Part shown: one piece after another, positions 10,913 to 20,834 of the stretch
How positions within the stretch are numbered: the first letter of the stretch is position 1
How the letters are laid out: each line of letters starts with the position of its first letter
Assembly: GCA_040387715.1 (NCBI GenBank)
Contig: JAZKDF010000001.1
Coordinates: forward strand, 326,420-390,419
Direction of reading: 5' to 3'
From: Pseudomonadota bacterium
GTDB taxonomy: Bacteria; Pseudomonadota; Gammaproteobacteria; Burkholderiales; Burkholderiaceae
DNA: 64,000 nucleotides
Translations under genes and position numbers: made by a program
Notes under the pieces: generated by a model
Databases searched by the model: none
The model's input: only the letters and a program-made list of their open reading frames with translations
Told to the model about the DNA's origin: nothing

Positions 10913-10953
10913 AAATTATAGAAAATATAAAATTATAGAAAATATAAAATTAT
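10913..10953. repeat. 17-bp tandem repeat (AAATTATAGAAAATATA x2.4) upstream of the GGDEF gene
   Basis: Read directly from the sequence. Confidence 0.7.
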
Positions 10954-10964
10954 TTATTGAGGCT

Positions 10965-12293
10965 TTGATGGCTATGAAAGTAGATGCTCAAAATTTAATG
11001 CAGTTATTTGAATGTGTTGAGATCCCTATTTTTTTCTGCGATTCAAAATTTAGATTAATTTCCGCGAATCGCGCCTATTGCAAAATGTTAGGGCTTACCC
11101 CTGAAGAAATATTGGGGAGAATTTATTGGGAAATATTTCCTCTTGGGGGTGTCTTTCTGGAAAAGAGCAATCCTCAAAGCGATCCTTCAAATATCTTTTC
11201 AAATAATGTTGAATTTAAGTTTCAAGGAAGAACTTTTCATTCCTATGAATATAAGATTTCGAGTCTTGATAGTAAATTGCAGATTTATTTTCATGCGCTT
11301 GCTGATATTACGGGTGCTGCGCTAGTCAAAAAATCACTTGAATATATTGCAATAAAAGATAGGCTACTTTTTGAGCGAAATCCCGATGCCGTTTTATTAG
11401 TTGAAGACTATTTCGTCATGGAAATGAACCAAGCTGTATTATTAATGTTTGGCTGCAATAGCCGTGATGAGATGCTTTATTACGACTTCACAAGCAAATT
11501 CTTGCCGCCATTCCAGCCCAGTGGTGAAAGCTCAAAGAATGTAATTAGTTTGAATATTGCCCGCGCAGTGGAACGGGGTAGTTGTAATTTTGAATGTACA
11601 TTCTGCAGGATGAATGACTCTAATTTTTTTGCTCAAGTTCAATTAATTGCATTTGAATTGGAAGGCAAAAACTATATACAGGCAGCAATTAAAGATGTTT
11701 CCAATCAAAAGGCATCTATATCCCATTTGGAGGAGATCGCCTTTAAAGATCCGCTAACTCAACTCTCCACTAGGCGCTTGCTTGATGACAGGTTGAATCA
11801 AGTCCTCTTAAAAAGTAAGAGGAGCAAGCAATACGCCGCACTATTTTTTATCGATTTAGATCAATTTAAGAGATTAAATGATGTTTTTGGTCATCATATT
11901 GGAGATTTAAGATTGCAAGATGTTGCTAAGCGTATTGCTTCTTGTTTAAGGATTGGGGATACGGTTGCAAGGATAGGGGGTGATGAGTTTGTAGTCCTTA
12001 TCAATGAGTTTAAAAATGAACTTAGTGTTGTTAAGCCTCAAGTATTAGAAATTGCTGAAAAATTAGTGAAAGCACTTTCAGCCAAGGCTTGTTACGAGGG
12101 GGTAGATCGAAAGCCATGTCGGTTGGCAGATGTTGCCCAATGCGCATGCTCTGCAAGCATTGGTGTGGTGATATTTTCTGGGGACGGCCAAAGTGGCGAG
12201 CAATTACTTGAACTTGCGGACGCAGCCATGTACACGGCCAAAAGAGCAGGTGGCAATCAATATTGGCTTTATGACGCCCAAAAGGGTGATTGA
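10965..12293 (+). CDS. PAS-PAS-GGDEF diguanylate cyclase
   Basis: Two PAS-like segments, DPLTQL..RR, FIDLDQFKRLND, and RIGD (I-site) preceding RIGGDEF. Confidence 0.9.
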   Translation: MMAMKVDAQNLMQLFECVEIPIFFCDSKFRLISANRAYCKMLGLTPEEILGRIYWEIFPLGGVFLEKSNPQSDPSNIFSNNVEFKFQGRTFHSYEYKISSLDSKLQIYFHALADITGAALVKKSLEYIAIKDRLLFERNPDAVLLVEDYFVMEMNQAVLLMFGCNSRDEMLYYDFTSKFLPPFQPSGESSKNVISLNIARAVERGSCNFECTFCRMNDSNFFAQVQLIAFELEGKNYIQAAIKDVSNQKASISHLEEIAFKDPLTQLSTRRLLDDRLNQVLLKSKRSKQYAALFFIDLDQFKRLNDVFGHHIGDLRLQDVAKRIASCLRIGDTVARIGGDEFVVLINEFKNELSVVKPQVLEIAEKLVKALSAKACYEGVDRKPCRLADVAQCACSASIGVVIFSGDGQSGEQLLELADAAMYTAKRAGGNQYWLYDAQKGD

Positions 12294-12323
12294 TGGATCT
12301 TGCAACTGTGAGTTGCAGTCAAG

Positions 12324-12632
12324 CTAATTCAACATTGCTTTCGCTAGATCGTTATAGCGCTGTAAGCCTGCCTCAGTCAGCTCTACATGTTTGATTCTGC
12401 TTTCGCTATTTTTTTTATGGGTGATTAATTCTTTTGCAGCCAACTTCTTTAGGGCTGCATGAATGGTGGCTGGTGAGGCAATCTCAGAAAGCAGGAGTAA
12501 TTCCCCAACGCTGCTGGCTCGTTTTTCTGACATGGCAAAAACTAAGGCGTTTAACACCTGAATTTGAGTGCTATCTAGGCTATATGACTCATTGATAGCC
12601 GTCTCTCGCTTTAGGTATTTTATATAAGCCAA
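12324..12632 (-). CDS. Small winged-helix (MarR-like) DNA-binding protein
   Basis: SPATIHAALKKL and RIKHVELTEAG wHTH pattern. Confidence 0.7.
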   Translation of the reverse strand: MAYIKYLKRETAINESYSLDSTQIQVLNALVFAMSEKRASSVGELLLLSEIASPATIHAALKKLAAKELITHKKNSESRIKHVELTEAGLQRYNDLAKAMLN

Positions 12633-12737
12633 AAGCCTCTTGTTTATATTAATTTCTGGTCTCCAACAACCTCTTTGGTTCTTGTAATATACTATTTTCT
12701 ATTTATAAAAATTATAATTTAAGCATTAGAAAAGTAA

Positions 12738-12956
12738 ATGACTGAAGAGCATGCTGAAAACGCGATTAGGCTATTAGATATAGTCTATGACCTCTATGGC
12801 GGGGGCAAGGGCTATCCCACCAAAGGACTTCCCTTTACAGTAAATCAAGCTGGTACTGTAGATCTTCACGAAGATTTAGTAAATGAGTTGCGAAAAGAAG
12901 GTAACGAGGACTTGTTAGGATGGGCGCAAGACAATATCCAGAGTCTTTTTGAATGA
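12738..12956 (+). CDS. Small acidic hypothetical protein
   Basis: 72-aa ORF with plausible composition and no recognised motif. Confidence 0.5.
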   Translation: MTEEHAENAIRLLDIVYDLYGGGKGYPTKGLPFTVNQAGTVDLHEDLVNELRKEGNEDLLGWAQDNIQSLFE

Positions 12957-13163
12957 GTGGTTTTTAGGTGGTATTGCCTCAAAAGCGTCAGTCATTTGTT
13001 CTGATCTTGAGCAATTTGGTTTGGAGTATGTGCTCATCGCCATCTCAAAAGGGATGTAGAGCATTCTTTGATATGGACTCAATAAAGCGTACATTAGCGA
13101 AGCGACTATTGCCATGACTGATATCAGCCGTGCGAATCTTGCCAGCCGAGGCGCAGATATCAT
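12915..13163 (-). CDS. Possible small membrane-anchored hypothetical protein
   Basis: 82-aa ORF with one hydrophobic segment. It overlaps its neighbour by 42 bp. Confidence 0.3.
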   Translation of the reverse strand: MISAPRLARFARLISVMAIVASLMYALLSPYQRMLYIPFEMAMSTYSKPNCSRSEQMTDAFEAIPPKNHSFKKTLDIVLRPS

Positions 13164-13282
13164 TAAAGAGTATTACGTGAATATCCCGGAATGGATTTGC
13201 TACTAATTTCTTAGGAAATTTTGCCCATCAATCTAGCCGTAAACCCATCGTATTTCAATGGGATACGGTCGTACTTGGCGGA

Positions 13283-13672
13283 TTATTCATGATATCGATA
13301 TTCCTGAGTCTTGCCACCATAGCCATAGCTAGTAGCCCTGACATCTTGAACATAGATATAGCTCTCTTCATGAAGATTGCCTAGGATTCGTTCAAATCCT
13401 AAAAATGCTTCCTTGATGTACTGAGCCTTCTCATCCTTGGTATTGGTCTCATCGGTAACCTTGATATCAAAGTAAAAGCTATTCTTCCCTTGCTCGCTTA
13501 ATAGCTTACCGGCTATAAGCCAGCAGTCCAGGTCTACATATTCAATAGCAATGGCAGTTACTTCTTTCTTCTTGCCTAGAATGCGATTGGTAAGATCTAG
13601 TAGTAATTCATTTATCGCTTTAGTAGTGGCGATATTCTTTTGTCCACTGACTTTCACGTTCAAGATTGGCAT
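13283..13672 (-). CDS. 4-oxalocrotonate tautomerase-family protein, copy A
   Basis: Catalytic Pro-1 (MPILNVKV), GKKKEVTAIAIEYV, and a double beta-alpha-beta unit. Confidence 0.88.
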   Translation of the reverse strand: MPILNVKVSGQKNIATTKAINELLLDLTNRILGKKKEVTAIAIEYVDLDCWLIAGKLLSEQGKNSFYFDIKVTDETNTKDEKAQYIKEAFLGFERILGNLHEESYIYVQDVRATSYGYGGKTQEYRYHE

Positions 13673-13704
13673 GTAATTCTCCTTTAGTAATTGATTTCAA
13701 TAAG

Positions 13705-13720
13705 TTAGCTATGCAACTAT
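13705..13720. promoter_or_regulatory. Putative MarR operator TTAGCTATGCAACTAT
   Basis: The identical imperfect palindrome occurs at 13705, 14183, 33464 and 33942, each upstream of a marR or tautomerase gene. Confidence 0.75.
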
Positions 13721-13739
13721 TAGGTAAATAAAAAAGTCA

Positions 13740-14159
13740 CTATCCCTTCAGAGCGGAGCTAATGCCCCGAACCCGTCCAACAACATCTTCAAAATGGTTT
13801 TCGCCTAATACTTTCTTTAGACGCCTTGTAACATCTCCACTGGCAGCATTAATGGCATTCTTCATATCTATAGCCTTCTTGGTCGGATGAATTTCTTGTT
13901 CTCGACCATCCTTCATGGAGGCAAGTCGCTTAATTAAGCCCAATCTCTCAAGACCATCTAAACCTCTGGTGGCAGTAGGGCGGCTGATATTCATCTCTAA
14001 AGCCAGCTCACTTTGCAATAACGCGGCTTTATCCAAAACCACCCTGAGCATGAAGGCTTGTGAGGGGGTAAGCCCAAAAGGCTTAAATGCCTTGGTCCAT
14101 TCCCGCTCTAGCTGGCGAGCTAGGCTAGTGGTATTGAAATAGAGGCATTGTTCAAACAT
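13740..14159 (-). CDS. MarR-family regulator, copy A
   Basis: FGLTPSQAFML, ISRPTATRGLDGL and DGR motifs. Start chosen by homology with copy B. Confidence 0.9.
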   Translation of the reverse strand: MFEQCLYFNTTSLARQLEREWTKAFKPFGLTPSQAFMLRVVLDKAALLQSELALEMNISRPTATRGLDGLERLGLIKRLASMKDGREQEIHPTKKAIDMKNAINAASGDVTRRLKKVLGENHFEDVVGRVRGISSALKG

Positions 14160-14182
14160 AGTGGCAGTGTAGTGCATATTAA

Positions 14183-14198
14183 TTAGCTATGCAACTAT
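14183..14198. promoter_or_regulatory. Putative MarR operator (autoregulatory)
   Basis: TTAGCTATGCAACTAT upstream of marR copy A. Confidence 0.75.
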
Positions 14199-14238
14199 AT
14201 AGTTGAAAAAGCCCCACAGAAGCGAGGCCTAGTGATGT

Positions 14239-14291
14239 TGGTGGGTTGGGTGAGAGTTGAACTCGCGACCAACAGATTAAAAGTCCACTGC
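14239..14291 (-). repeat. att-like copy 2 of the tRNA-Lys 3' half, extending through the anticodon arm
   Basis: 40/45 identity plus 7/8 further matches (TCCACTGC vs TCCGCTGC). Confidence 0.85.
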
Positions 14292-14613
14292 AAAAACTCT
14301 TTAACCTACTGATTTAAATGAATAAAATATATAAGCGATGGATATCTGTGCCCATCACCGCCTAGCAATATCAAGGTATTAGCGCGATCAGATTTGCGTT
14401 TATTCACTATCAATTTTGGGTAAATGCATTGCGTAAAGGGTTGTTGTGGAGTCAGTTGCAGTTACTCAAGGTGGCATATTTTCAGGTGCTGGAAGGCCTC
14501 AATTCAGCCATTAGGCAGAGTTGCACTTCCCAGGAGGGGTAAGGGGGGCGTAATGAGCTATCCTCTTGGCTATTAGCCCTAGAGCTAGCTCCTCAACATC
14601 TTTTTTGGTTCTT

Positions 14614-16506
14614 ATGAAATCCAAGCGCCCCATTCTGAATAATCGAATAATTCTTTTTGCATTCATAGCTGCACTGGTTTCGAGCGGTCAAGTGATGGCG
14701 GCCGCTTGTTCTTCTTCGGTTTCGCCTTATGCGGTTGATTGTGATGCCTCGGGTATTAATTGGACCTCTGGAAGCTTAAGTGTAAACAGCGGAGTGACAT
14801 TGCTAGATAGTGCGAGTTTTAGCTTTAGAACGCCTGGTGGCAGCTTTACTAACAATGGCTCTATTACGAATACAAGAGCGGGTGATATCGCATTAGTCGT
14901 TGGTGATGGCGGGGCGCCAATAAATATATCAAATATTACTAATAATGGCTCTATGACTGGCGGTCAAAGTGCGATACAAACTTTTAACAGTGTGACCATA
15001 AATACACTATCAAATAGTGGGGCTCTCAATGCGCAATATGGCCTCTATTTTCAGTCCAGCAATGTAATTGGGGATTTAATTAATACGGGCACAATTACAG
15101 GCACTGTAAGTGGCATCAAATTTACAGGTGGTACTGTCACTACGATTACCAACACTGGGACTATTAGCGGTGGAATTTATAACTACGATCCATTTCCATT
15201 TGGCATCCCACGCGTTAGCACAATTGGAACTCTCATCAATTCCCAGGGCATGGGAAATGCTGCAGGGGCCTTAACTTATTCAGGTAAGCTCCCAAGCAAC
15301 TACAGCATCATCATCAACAGCCCTACTAGTTTTGGAAAGCTAGCGGTAACTAGTGCATCAGGATCTACTACATTTGGTATCTATGCTGGATCCACGGTTG
15401 CTAACGGAACTTATGCTGCTGTTATATCGGGCCTGTCGGCTGGCAACTTCACCGCAACAGCTGGTACTTTAGGCGCGGGAACTTGGACCTTAAGCAATAG
15501 CTCTGGGAGTATTTGGGATTTAATAATTTCCGGATATGTTGTTATGCCAGTAGGCCCTTCGACCGCCAATACCCAGCAATCTTTAGTCAACACATCTCAA
15601 GTCTTACAAGGCTCCTACACCTTACAAAATTCAGTCTTGGCCAACAGCTTTACTTATGACTGTGCTTTATTTGATAAGAACAATGTTTGTATTTCTGCTG
15701 GTGGTCGTAACACTGCTGTGTCAGCTGCAAATGGCTTAAACAATACGAGTGGTTTATTGATTGCTGCATACCGTCCACACATGAATTATCGTGTGGGGGC
15801 ATACGTTGATCAGAACCTCTCAGTAAATAATGCTGGCTCTACTGTGAACTTAGGCAATAACACTCCACTCATTGGCTTGTTTGGTGCATGGAATGGGCGT
15901 CTTGATGGCACTGGTGCGGAGGTGAAAGTATCAGCTGCTTATGGCCAAAAGAACGCTACTGTTACTCGTGGCGTAGTTGGTGCAGGATCTACGGCATCCG
16001 AAGCAGGCACGGGCGGGTCACAGCTTAATAGTCGGGGCGCACAAGTGGTTGCCAAATATGGCTTCGGCGTTGCAGAGAGCGCGATTGTTTCTCCGTACGC
16101 TGGTATTCGCTATACCCAGAATAATATGGGTGGCTATACAGAAAGTAATTCAAGTGCGGTAACGGCGCCACTGACATACTCAGCACTCAATACCAACGCA
16201 ACAACGGCATTAGCTGGTGTGGGGGCTTCCTATCGTTTTATTCCACAAGCAACAGCGTTTGCTAGCGCTGGCGTGGAGACCGATACGAATACCGCTAACG
16301 GCTCTTATTCTGCAACTGGAGTAACTGGTTTAACCCCAGTCAATTTCAATGCCAATCCTGTGAAGACCCGTCCAACGGCAATGGTGGGTGCCACCTATGA
16401 TGTGGAAAAGAATCAGCGTATTGGTGTAACAGGCATTTATCGCCAAGAGCCATATCAGGCAGTTTCTACAACTACTGTGATGGCGACTTATACGGTTGGT
16501 TTGTAA
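14614..16506 (+). CDS. Autotransporter (type Va) with a Gly/Thr/Asn/Ser-rich beta-helical passenger
   Basis: Signal peptide, repeated TITNTGTI-like units, and a C-terminal amphipathic beta-barrel ending YTVGL. Confidence 0.8.
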   Translation: MKSKRPILNNRIILFAFIAALVSSGQVMAAACSSSVSPYAVDCDASGINWTSGSLSVNSGVTLLDSASFSFRTPGGSFTNNGSITNTRAGDIALVVGDGGAPINISNITNNGSMTGGQSAIQTFNSVTINTLSNSGALNAQYGLYFQSSNVIGDLINTGTITGTVSGIKFTGGTVTTITNTGTISGGIYNYDPFPFGIPRVSTIGTLINSQGMGNAAGALTYSGKLPSNYSIIINSPTSFGKLAVTSASGSTTFGIYAGSTVANGTYAAVISGLSAGNFTATAGTLGAGTWTLSNSSGSIWDLIISGYVVMPVGPSTANTQQSLVNTSQVLQGSYTLQNSVLANSFTYDCALFDKNNVCISAGGRNTAVSAANGLNNTSGLLIAAYRPHMNYRVGAYVDQNLSVNNAGSTVNLGNNTPLIGLFGAWNGRLDGTGAEVKVSAAYGQKNATVTRGVVGAGSTASEAGTGGSQLNSRGAQVVAKYGFGVAESAIVSPYAGIRYTQNNMGGYTESNSSAVTAPLTYSALNTNATTALAGVGASYRFIPQATAFASAGVETDTNTANGSYSATGVTGLTPVNFNANPVKTRPTAMVGATYDVEKNQRIGVTGIYRQEPYQAVSTTTVMATYTVGL

Positions 16507-16759
16507 CAGTTCGAATTAGTTAGAAATAACGAAAATAAGAGACCTGCTGCGACTGTCCACTTAATGACGAATAGCTACCTTATTGGATTTCTTGTATGTG
16601 CGCCTAGTTCATTCCGGAATTCAATCCGTTGGCCTCATATAAGGCTCTCAAGCGTAAACCCCAGAGCCTTATAGATATTGGTAGGACGGATGCAAAAAAT
16701 TCTGAACGCTACTCTAAGTAGAGCTTGCGGGGATGTTTTCGGTCAACAGCATTCATTAG

Positions 16760-19243
16760 CTATTGAATCCATTTTCTTCTGTAACCTAACTTAACCAATT
16801 CGTACCACGTGAGTCCGATTAACCCAGAGGCAAGAATCGTTAATGCACCTTCAAGCGTAGGCACAGTGAATTGAAACCGATCGCGGAAAAAAGGAATCGT
16901 AACTAAAAATCCAAACGATATTACTCCAATGCCGAGAATCCATTTCTGCGATGGATTGTTTTTTTGTAGGATTTTAAAAAGGTGATCCTTTTTCGATCTG
17001 CTCACAACAATTAATGAGATGTTGCCAATCACTAAACTACCAAATGATAGGGTTGTAGCCATGGCATGGGAATAATTCATATTTAGGAGCCAGAAATAAA
17101 GCCCAACAACAATAGCGGTCAATCCCGCTCCTTGTAGAAAGGCCATGGAGATATTTTGTAGGCTAAAGAGTTTTTGATTAATATTTCTAGGGGCTCTTAA
17201 CATGACATCACTTTCAGATGCCTCCATCTCAAAAATAATTGCGCAGGCGGGATCAATAATCATTTGCAGAAAGACAATATGAATTGGGTCTAGGATCGGC
17301 TGTATTCCAAAAAGGATAGGAATAAACACGGCTCCAGCCATTGGGATGTGGATAGCAACGACATAAATTATCGCTTTATGTAAGTTGTCATATATTTGTC
17401 TACCTTGCTGGATAGTTTGGGCAATGGATGAAAAATCATCATTTAGCAGCACTAAGGATGCGGCCTCTCTAGCGACATCTGTGCCTCGTTGCCCCATTGC
17501 AATTCCTACATGTGCGGCTTTTAGGGCGGGCGCATCGTTGACCCCGTCACCTGTCATAGCTACTACTTCATTGTTAGCTTGCAAAGCTTTTACGAGTCTT
17601 AGCTTATCGGCAGGCTTAATGCGAACATATACAGATGTTTTCTTGACCGCTTGACGAAGTTCAAGATCATTTAATACATTGATGTCTTTGCCAGATAGGA
17701 TGCTAATACTATCTATACCTACTTGCTTTGCAATTGCTTGCGCTGTAATGGCATGATCTCCAGTAATCATGATGACGCGAATGCCAGCCCTCTGACATTT
17801 CTGAATGGATGCAGGCACTTCTTGTCGAATGGGGTCTTGGAGCCCCGCAAGACCGAGCCAAGTAAACTCAAAAGAATTCAAGGTGGCTGGCCAGTCAGGG
17901 CCTTGCTTTGTATATTGGGATTTTGCAACGCCCAGCAAGCGCAATCCTTGTGATGCAAGGTCTTTAATTTGTTTTTCAATTGCTGCTATCTGTGTTTGCG
18001 ACAAATTACAGCATTTAAGAACTGCCTCTGGCGCCCCTTTGATAGCTACAAGGCACTGATTTGATCCAGGGTCTTGCCAAATGTGTGTCATGGCAGGGAG
18101 CTCATGACTCAGGCCATACTCGTGTACTAATTTAAATTCAGAAGTTTGATTAATATACTCGAGGGCGAGATGGCGCTTTTCATGAAAAGCTTGTTCCATC
18201 GGATCAAAGGGTTTTACTTCACTTGCAAGGATGCAATAACTTAGAAGCTCTTTCTGCGGTGAATTAAGTTCATCATCTTTTGAGCTAAGCATCAAGATAT
18301 TCTGGGGGATTGCAAGAACCTCTAGAGACATCTTATTAAGGGTGAGGGTGCCTGTCTTATCAACACATAATGCTGTGATGCTGCCGAGTGTTTCAATAAC
18401 GGGCGCATACCTGGTAAGTACTTTTTGGCGAGCTATTCTCCAAACGCCAAGCGCCATAAATACTGTCAAAATAACTGTGAATTCTTCAGGCAATAGGGCC
18501 ATAGTTAAGCTAATGGCAGTAAGTGCGCCTTGAAGCCAGTTATCGTGCATCAATCCATAGATTACTAAAACAAGAATAGAGAGTGATACTCCAAAGATCG
18601 TAAATCTTTTAATTAATACCTCAATGTCTTCCTGAAGGGGGCTATTAAGAACAATAATTTGTTTTAGGCTACTTCCGATTTTGCCTAACTCAGTTTGCAT
18701 ACCAATAGCGGTAACCTTGGCTACGCCGCTACCCCGGATTACCATGCAACCCGAATGAACTTGATTGGCGCCATCCTTTTTAGCAGGCTCAGATTCGCCG
18801 GTGAGCAATGATTCGTCAACAAGCAGGTTGTGAGCTTCAAGCAATAGCGCATCTGCGGGAATTCTGTCGCCTTCCTCGAGAATGAGAATGTCACCAACGA
18901 CAATTTCTTTGCCTGCTATTCTTTGGGTAACCCCATCTCTGATGACAATTGCCCTAGGGCTTGATAGCTCCTTGAGTGCATCAATTGCTTTTTCACTTTT
19001 TCGTTCCTGAAATAGGGTAATCCCAACCGAAATAAAAATGAATCCAATCAATATCAACGCGTCATCAATTTTTCCGATTACTAGGTAAATCAAACCAGCC
19101 AGCAAGAGAAGGGCAAAAGTAGGCTCAGCTAGTATTCGCAGAAGCAGTTTAAGAACAGTTTTTCTATCTGCAACTGAAATCTCGTTTAATCCATACTCTG
19201 CTTGAAGCTGGATTACTTGCGATTTGGTAAGCCCTTGCATCAA
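16760..19243 (-). CDS. Cation-transporting P-type ATPase (type II-like)
   Basis: TGES, PEEF, DKTGT, TGD and GDGVND motifs. Confidence 0.93.
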   Translation of the reverse strand: MMQGLTKSQVIQLQAEYGLNEISVADRKTVLKLLLRILAEPTFALLLLAGLIYLVIGKIDDALILIGFIFISVGITLFQERKSEKAIDALKELSSPRAIVIRDGVTQRIAGKEIVVGDILILEEGDRIPADALLLEAHNLLVDESLLTGESEPAKKDGANQVHSGCMVIRGSGVAKVTAIGMQTELGKIGSSLKQIIVLNSPLQEDIEVLIKRFTIFGVSLSILVLVIYGLMHDNWLQGALTAISLTMALLPEEFTVILTVFMALGVWRIARQKVLTRYAPVIETLGSITALCVDKTGTLTLNKMSLEVLAIPQNILMLSSKDDELNSPQKELLSYCILASEVKPFDPMEQAFHEKRHLALEYINQTSEFKLVHEYGLSHELPAMTHIWQDPGSNQCLVAIKGAPEAVLKCCNLSQTQIAAIEKQIKDLASQGLRLLGVAKSQYTKQGPDWPATLNSFEFTWLGLAGLQDPIRQEVPASIQKCQRAGIRVIMITGDHAITAQAIAKQVGIDSISILSGKDINVLNDLELRQAVKKTSVYVRIKPADKLRLVKALQANNEVVAMTGDGVNDAPALKAAHVGIAMGQRGTDVAREAASLVLLNDDFSSIAQTIQQGRQIYDNLHKAIIYVVAIHIPMAGAVFIPILFGIQPILDPIHIVFLQMIIDPACAIIFEMEASESDVMLRAPRNINQKLFSLQNISMAFLQGAGLTAIVVGLYFWLLNMNYSHAMATTLSFGSLVIGNISLIVVSRSKKDHLFKILQKNNPSQKWILGIGVISFGFLVTIPFFRDRFQFTVPTLEGALTILASGLIGLTWYELVKLGYRRKWIQ

Positions 19244-19498
19244 TTACAAACAAAATTTACTTTTAATAAGGTAAAAGATAGCCCCGTAAAAACACCCCAA
19301 AAAGAATGTGATTCCAATTAACCCAATTGCGAGTAAGGGGCTAAATGCCTGCACTTGAAATGGAGAGTTCAGCATATGAAGCTTGAATACAAAATCTATC
19401 AGGGGTTGCGCCCATCCAGATGCCACAATGAATGCCCAGCAGACATGCAGGCTTGAAAGGCTTATGCCACCGATAAGGGATGTCCGAAATAGGCTCAT
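19244..19498 (-). CDS. Small two-helix membrane protein (DUF5676-like) coupled to the ATPase
   Basis: 84 aa with two hydrophobic segments. Its stop abuts the ATPase start. Confidence 0.6.
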   Translation of the reverse strand: MSLFRTSLIGGISLSSLHVCWAFIVASGWAQPLIDFVFKLHMLNSPFQVQAFSPLLAIGLIGITFFLGCFYGAIFYLIKSKFCL

Positions 19499-19607
19499 AC
19501 TTTCTCCTTTGCAGTTTCATCTTATGCCCTTTTTTACTGGGTGTCAGCAATGCATGAGATGAAACCAAAACAAAAGGGAGCGCATTTCCGTGATCCCTTT
19601 GTATTGC

Positions 19608-19647
19608 TGGTGGGTCGGGTAAGGCTCGAACACGCGACCAACGGATT
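19608..19647 (-). repeat. att-like copy 3 of the tRNA-Lys 3' half
   Basis: 35/40 identity. It is flanked by a diverged version of the hairpin found at 50279-50319. Confidence 0.85.
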
Positions 19648-19885
19648 GCCAGAGTGCTTTTACCCTTAACTATGGCTCTTATAAAGGTGATTTCTTAAAA
19701 AGCAGTCTTTTGCTGCTAAAGTAGGGTAAAATACATTAAGCGATTTTCAAGCTAATAGTGTTGTTGTACTAGTAATTAATACCGCAGTTCTGCGATAGTT
19801 CTTCTTAGCATCTCCCCCGCCATTCTTGACTTTCGCCTCATTTGGGGCATTGCCCCTTTAATATTTTTTTAAGGAATAGTCAGAT

Positions 19886-20089
19886 ATGGCAAACGGAACT
19901 GTGAAATGGTTTAACGACGCTAAAGGCTTCGGCTTTATTACCCCTGAACTCGGTGGCGAAGATTTATTTGCCCATTTTTCAGCAATTAATAGCAGCGGAT
20001 TTAAATCTTTAGCTGAAGGTCAAAAGGTAACTTTTGATATTACTACTGGCCCTAAAGGCAATCTAGCATCCAATATTCAACCTGTTTAA
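19886..20089 (+). CDS. cspA: Cold-shock protein
   Basis: [12 protein letters not shown] and [11 protein letters not shown] motifs, 67 aa, long 5' leader. Confidence 0.95.
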   Translation: MANGTVKWFNDAKGFGFITPELGGEDLFAHFSAINSSGFKSLAEGQKVTFDITTGPKGNLASNIQPV

Positions 20090-20128
20090 ATCAGCAGCAA
20101 ATGCCAGGCGGAAATTATTTGCCTGGTC

Positions 20129-20160
20129 CAAAGCCCAGCATGACTGGGCTTTTTATTTTT
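20129..20160 (+). terminator. Intrinsic terminator-like hairpin between cspA and infA
   Basis: AAAGCCCAG-CATGA-CTGGGCTTT followed by a T-tract. Confidence 0.6.
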
Positions 20161-20174
20161 ATAAAGGATGTTAA

Positions 20175-20435
20175 ATGGCAAAAGAAGAGCTGCTTGAAAT
20201 GGAAGGTCTTGTCGATGAAATTCTGCCAGATTCTCGTTATCGAGTTACTTTAGATAATGGCCATAAGCTTATTGCCTATACAGCGGGAAAAATGAAAAAA
20301 AATCATATCCGTATATTGGCAGGAGATAAGGTTTCTTTAGAGATATCCACTTATGACTTGAGCAAAGGCCGCATTACATTTAGACATCTTGAGAAGAAGC
20401 AATCTTTCGCTGGCGCGCCGAGAAGACGATATTGA
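20175..20435 (+). CDS. infA: Translation initiation factor IF-1 (outside the ribosomal operon, probably a paralog)
   Basis: [11 protein letters not shown] and [17 protein letters not shown]...[11 protein letters not shown] motifs. Confidence 0.93.
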   Translation: MAKEELLEMEGLVDEILPDSRYRVTLDNGHKLIAYTAGKMKKNHIRILAGDKVSLEISTYDLSKGRITFRHLEKKQSFAGAPRRRY

Positions 20436-20722
20436 TAGCCTTAAAGCTTAAAACTGCAAGTTAAATTAATGTTTGCAAAGAATCTCAGGCTCTGGTCGAT
20501 GCTGCCCCAGTTAAGCAAGAAATACTAAAACCATCTTCGGGTGGTTTTTCTTTGGGGAATTGCTTTGGGTCGATAGTAGACTTTTCCAAATTTCAATATT
20601 GCGTTGTCGGTTAACCCGGTAGTTGCCCTGTATCGAGATGCTCATAGTCCAATCGGTCACCCATCGCGGTCCGCTAGATCGCCTGTTGAATCCCCATAGT
20701 GACCACCGCATTCCATTTGGCC

Positions 20723-20808
20723 AAAAGAAAAGGGACCACATTTCTGTGATCCCTTTGTATTACTGGTGGGTCGGGCGAGATTCGAACTCGCGACCAACGG
20801 ATTAAAAG
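20723..20808 (-). repeat. att-like copy 4: perfect 86-bp direct repeat of 50279-50364 (tRNA 3' half plus terminator)
   Basis: Base-for-base identical by manual comparison. Confidence 0.95.
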
Positions 20809-20834
20809 AAATAAAATTGTTCTAAAACAGTTGA

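Noticed and set aside
14400-14560. An oriT or replication origin in the GC-rich stretch before the autotransporter
   Set aside because: No match to nic consensus sequences I know, and no iterons.
20460-20722. ORF 20511-20741 as a real gene
   Set aside because: It starts inside the terminator, has an atypical composition, and no frame gave a recognisable protein. It may be a decayed remnant.
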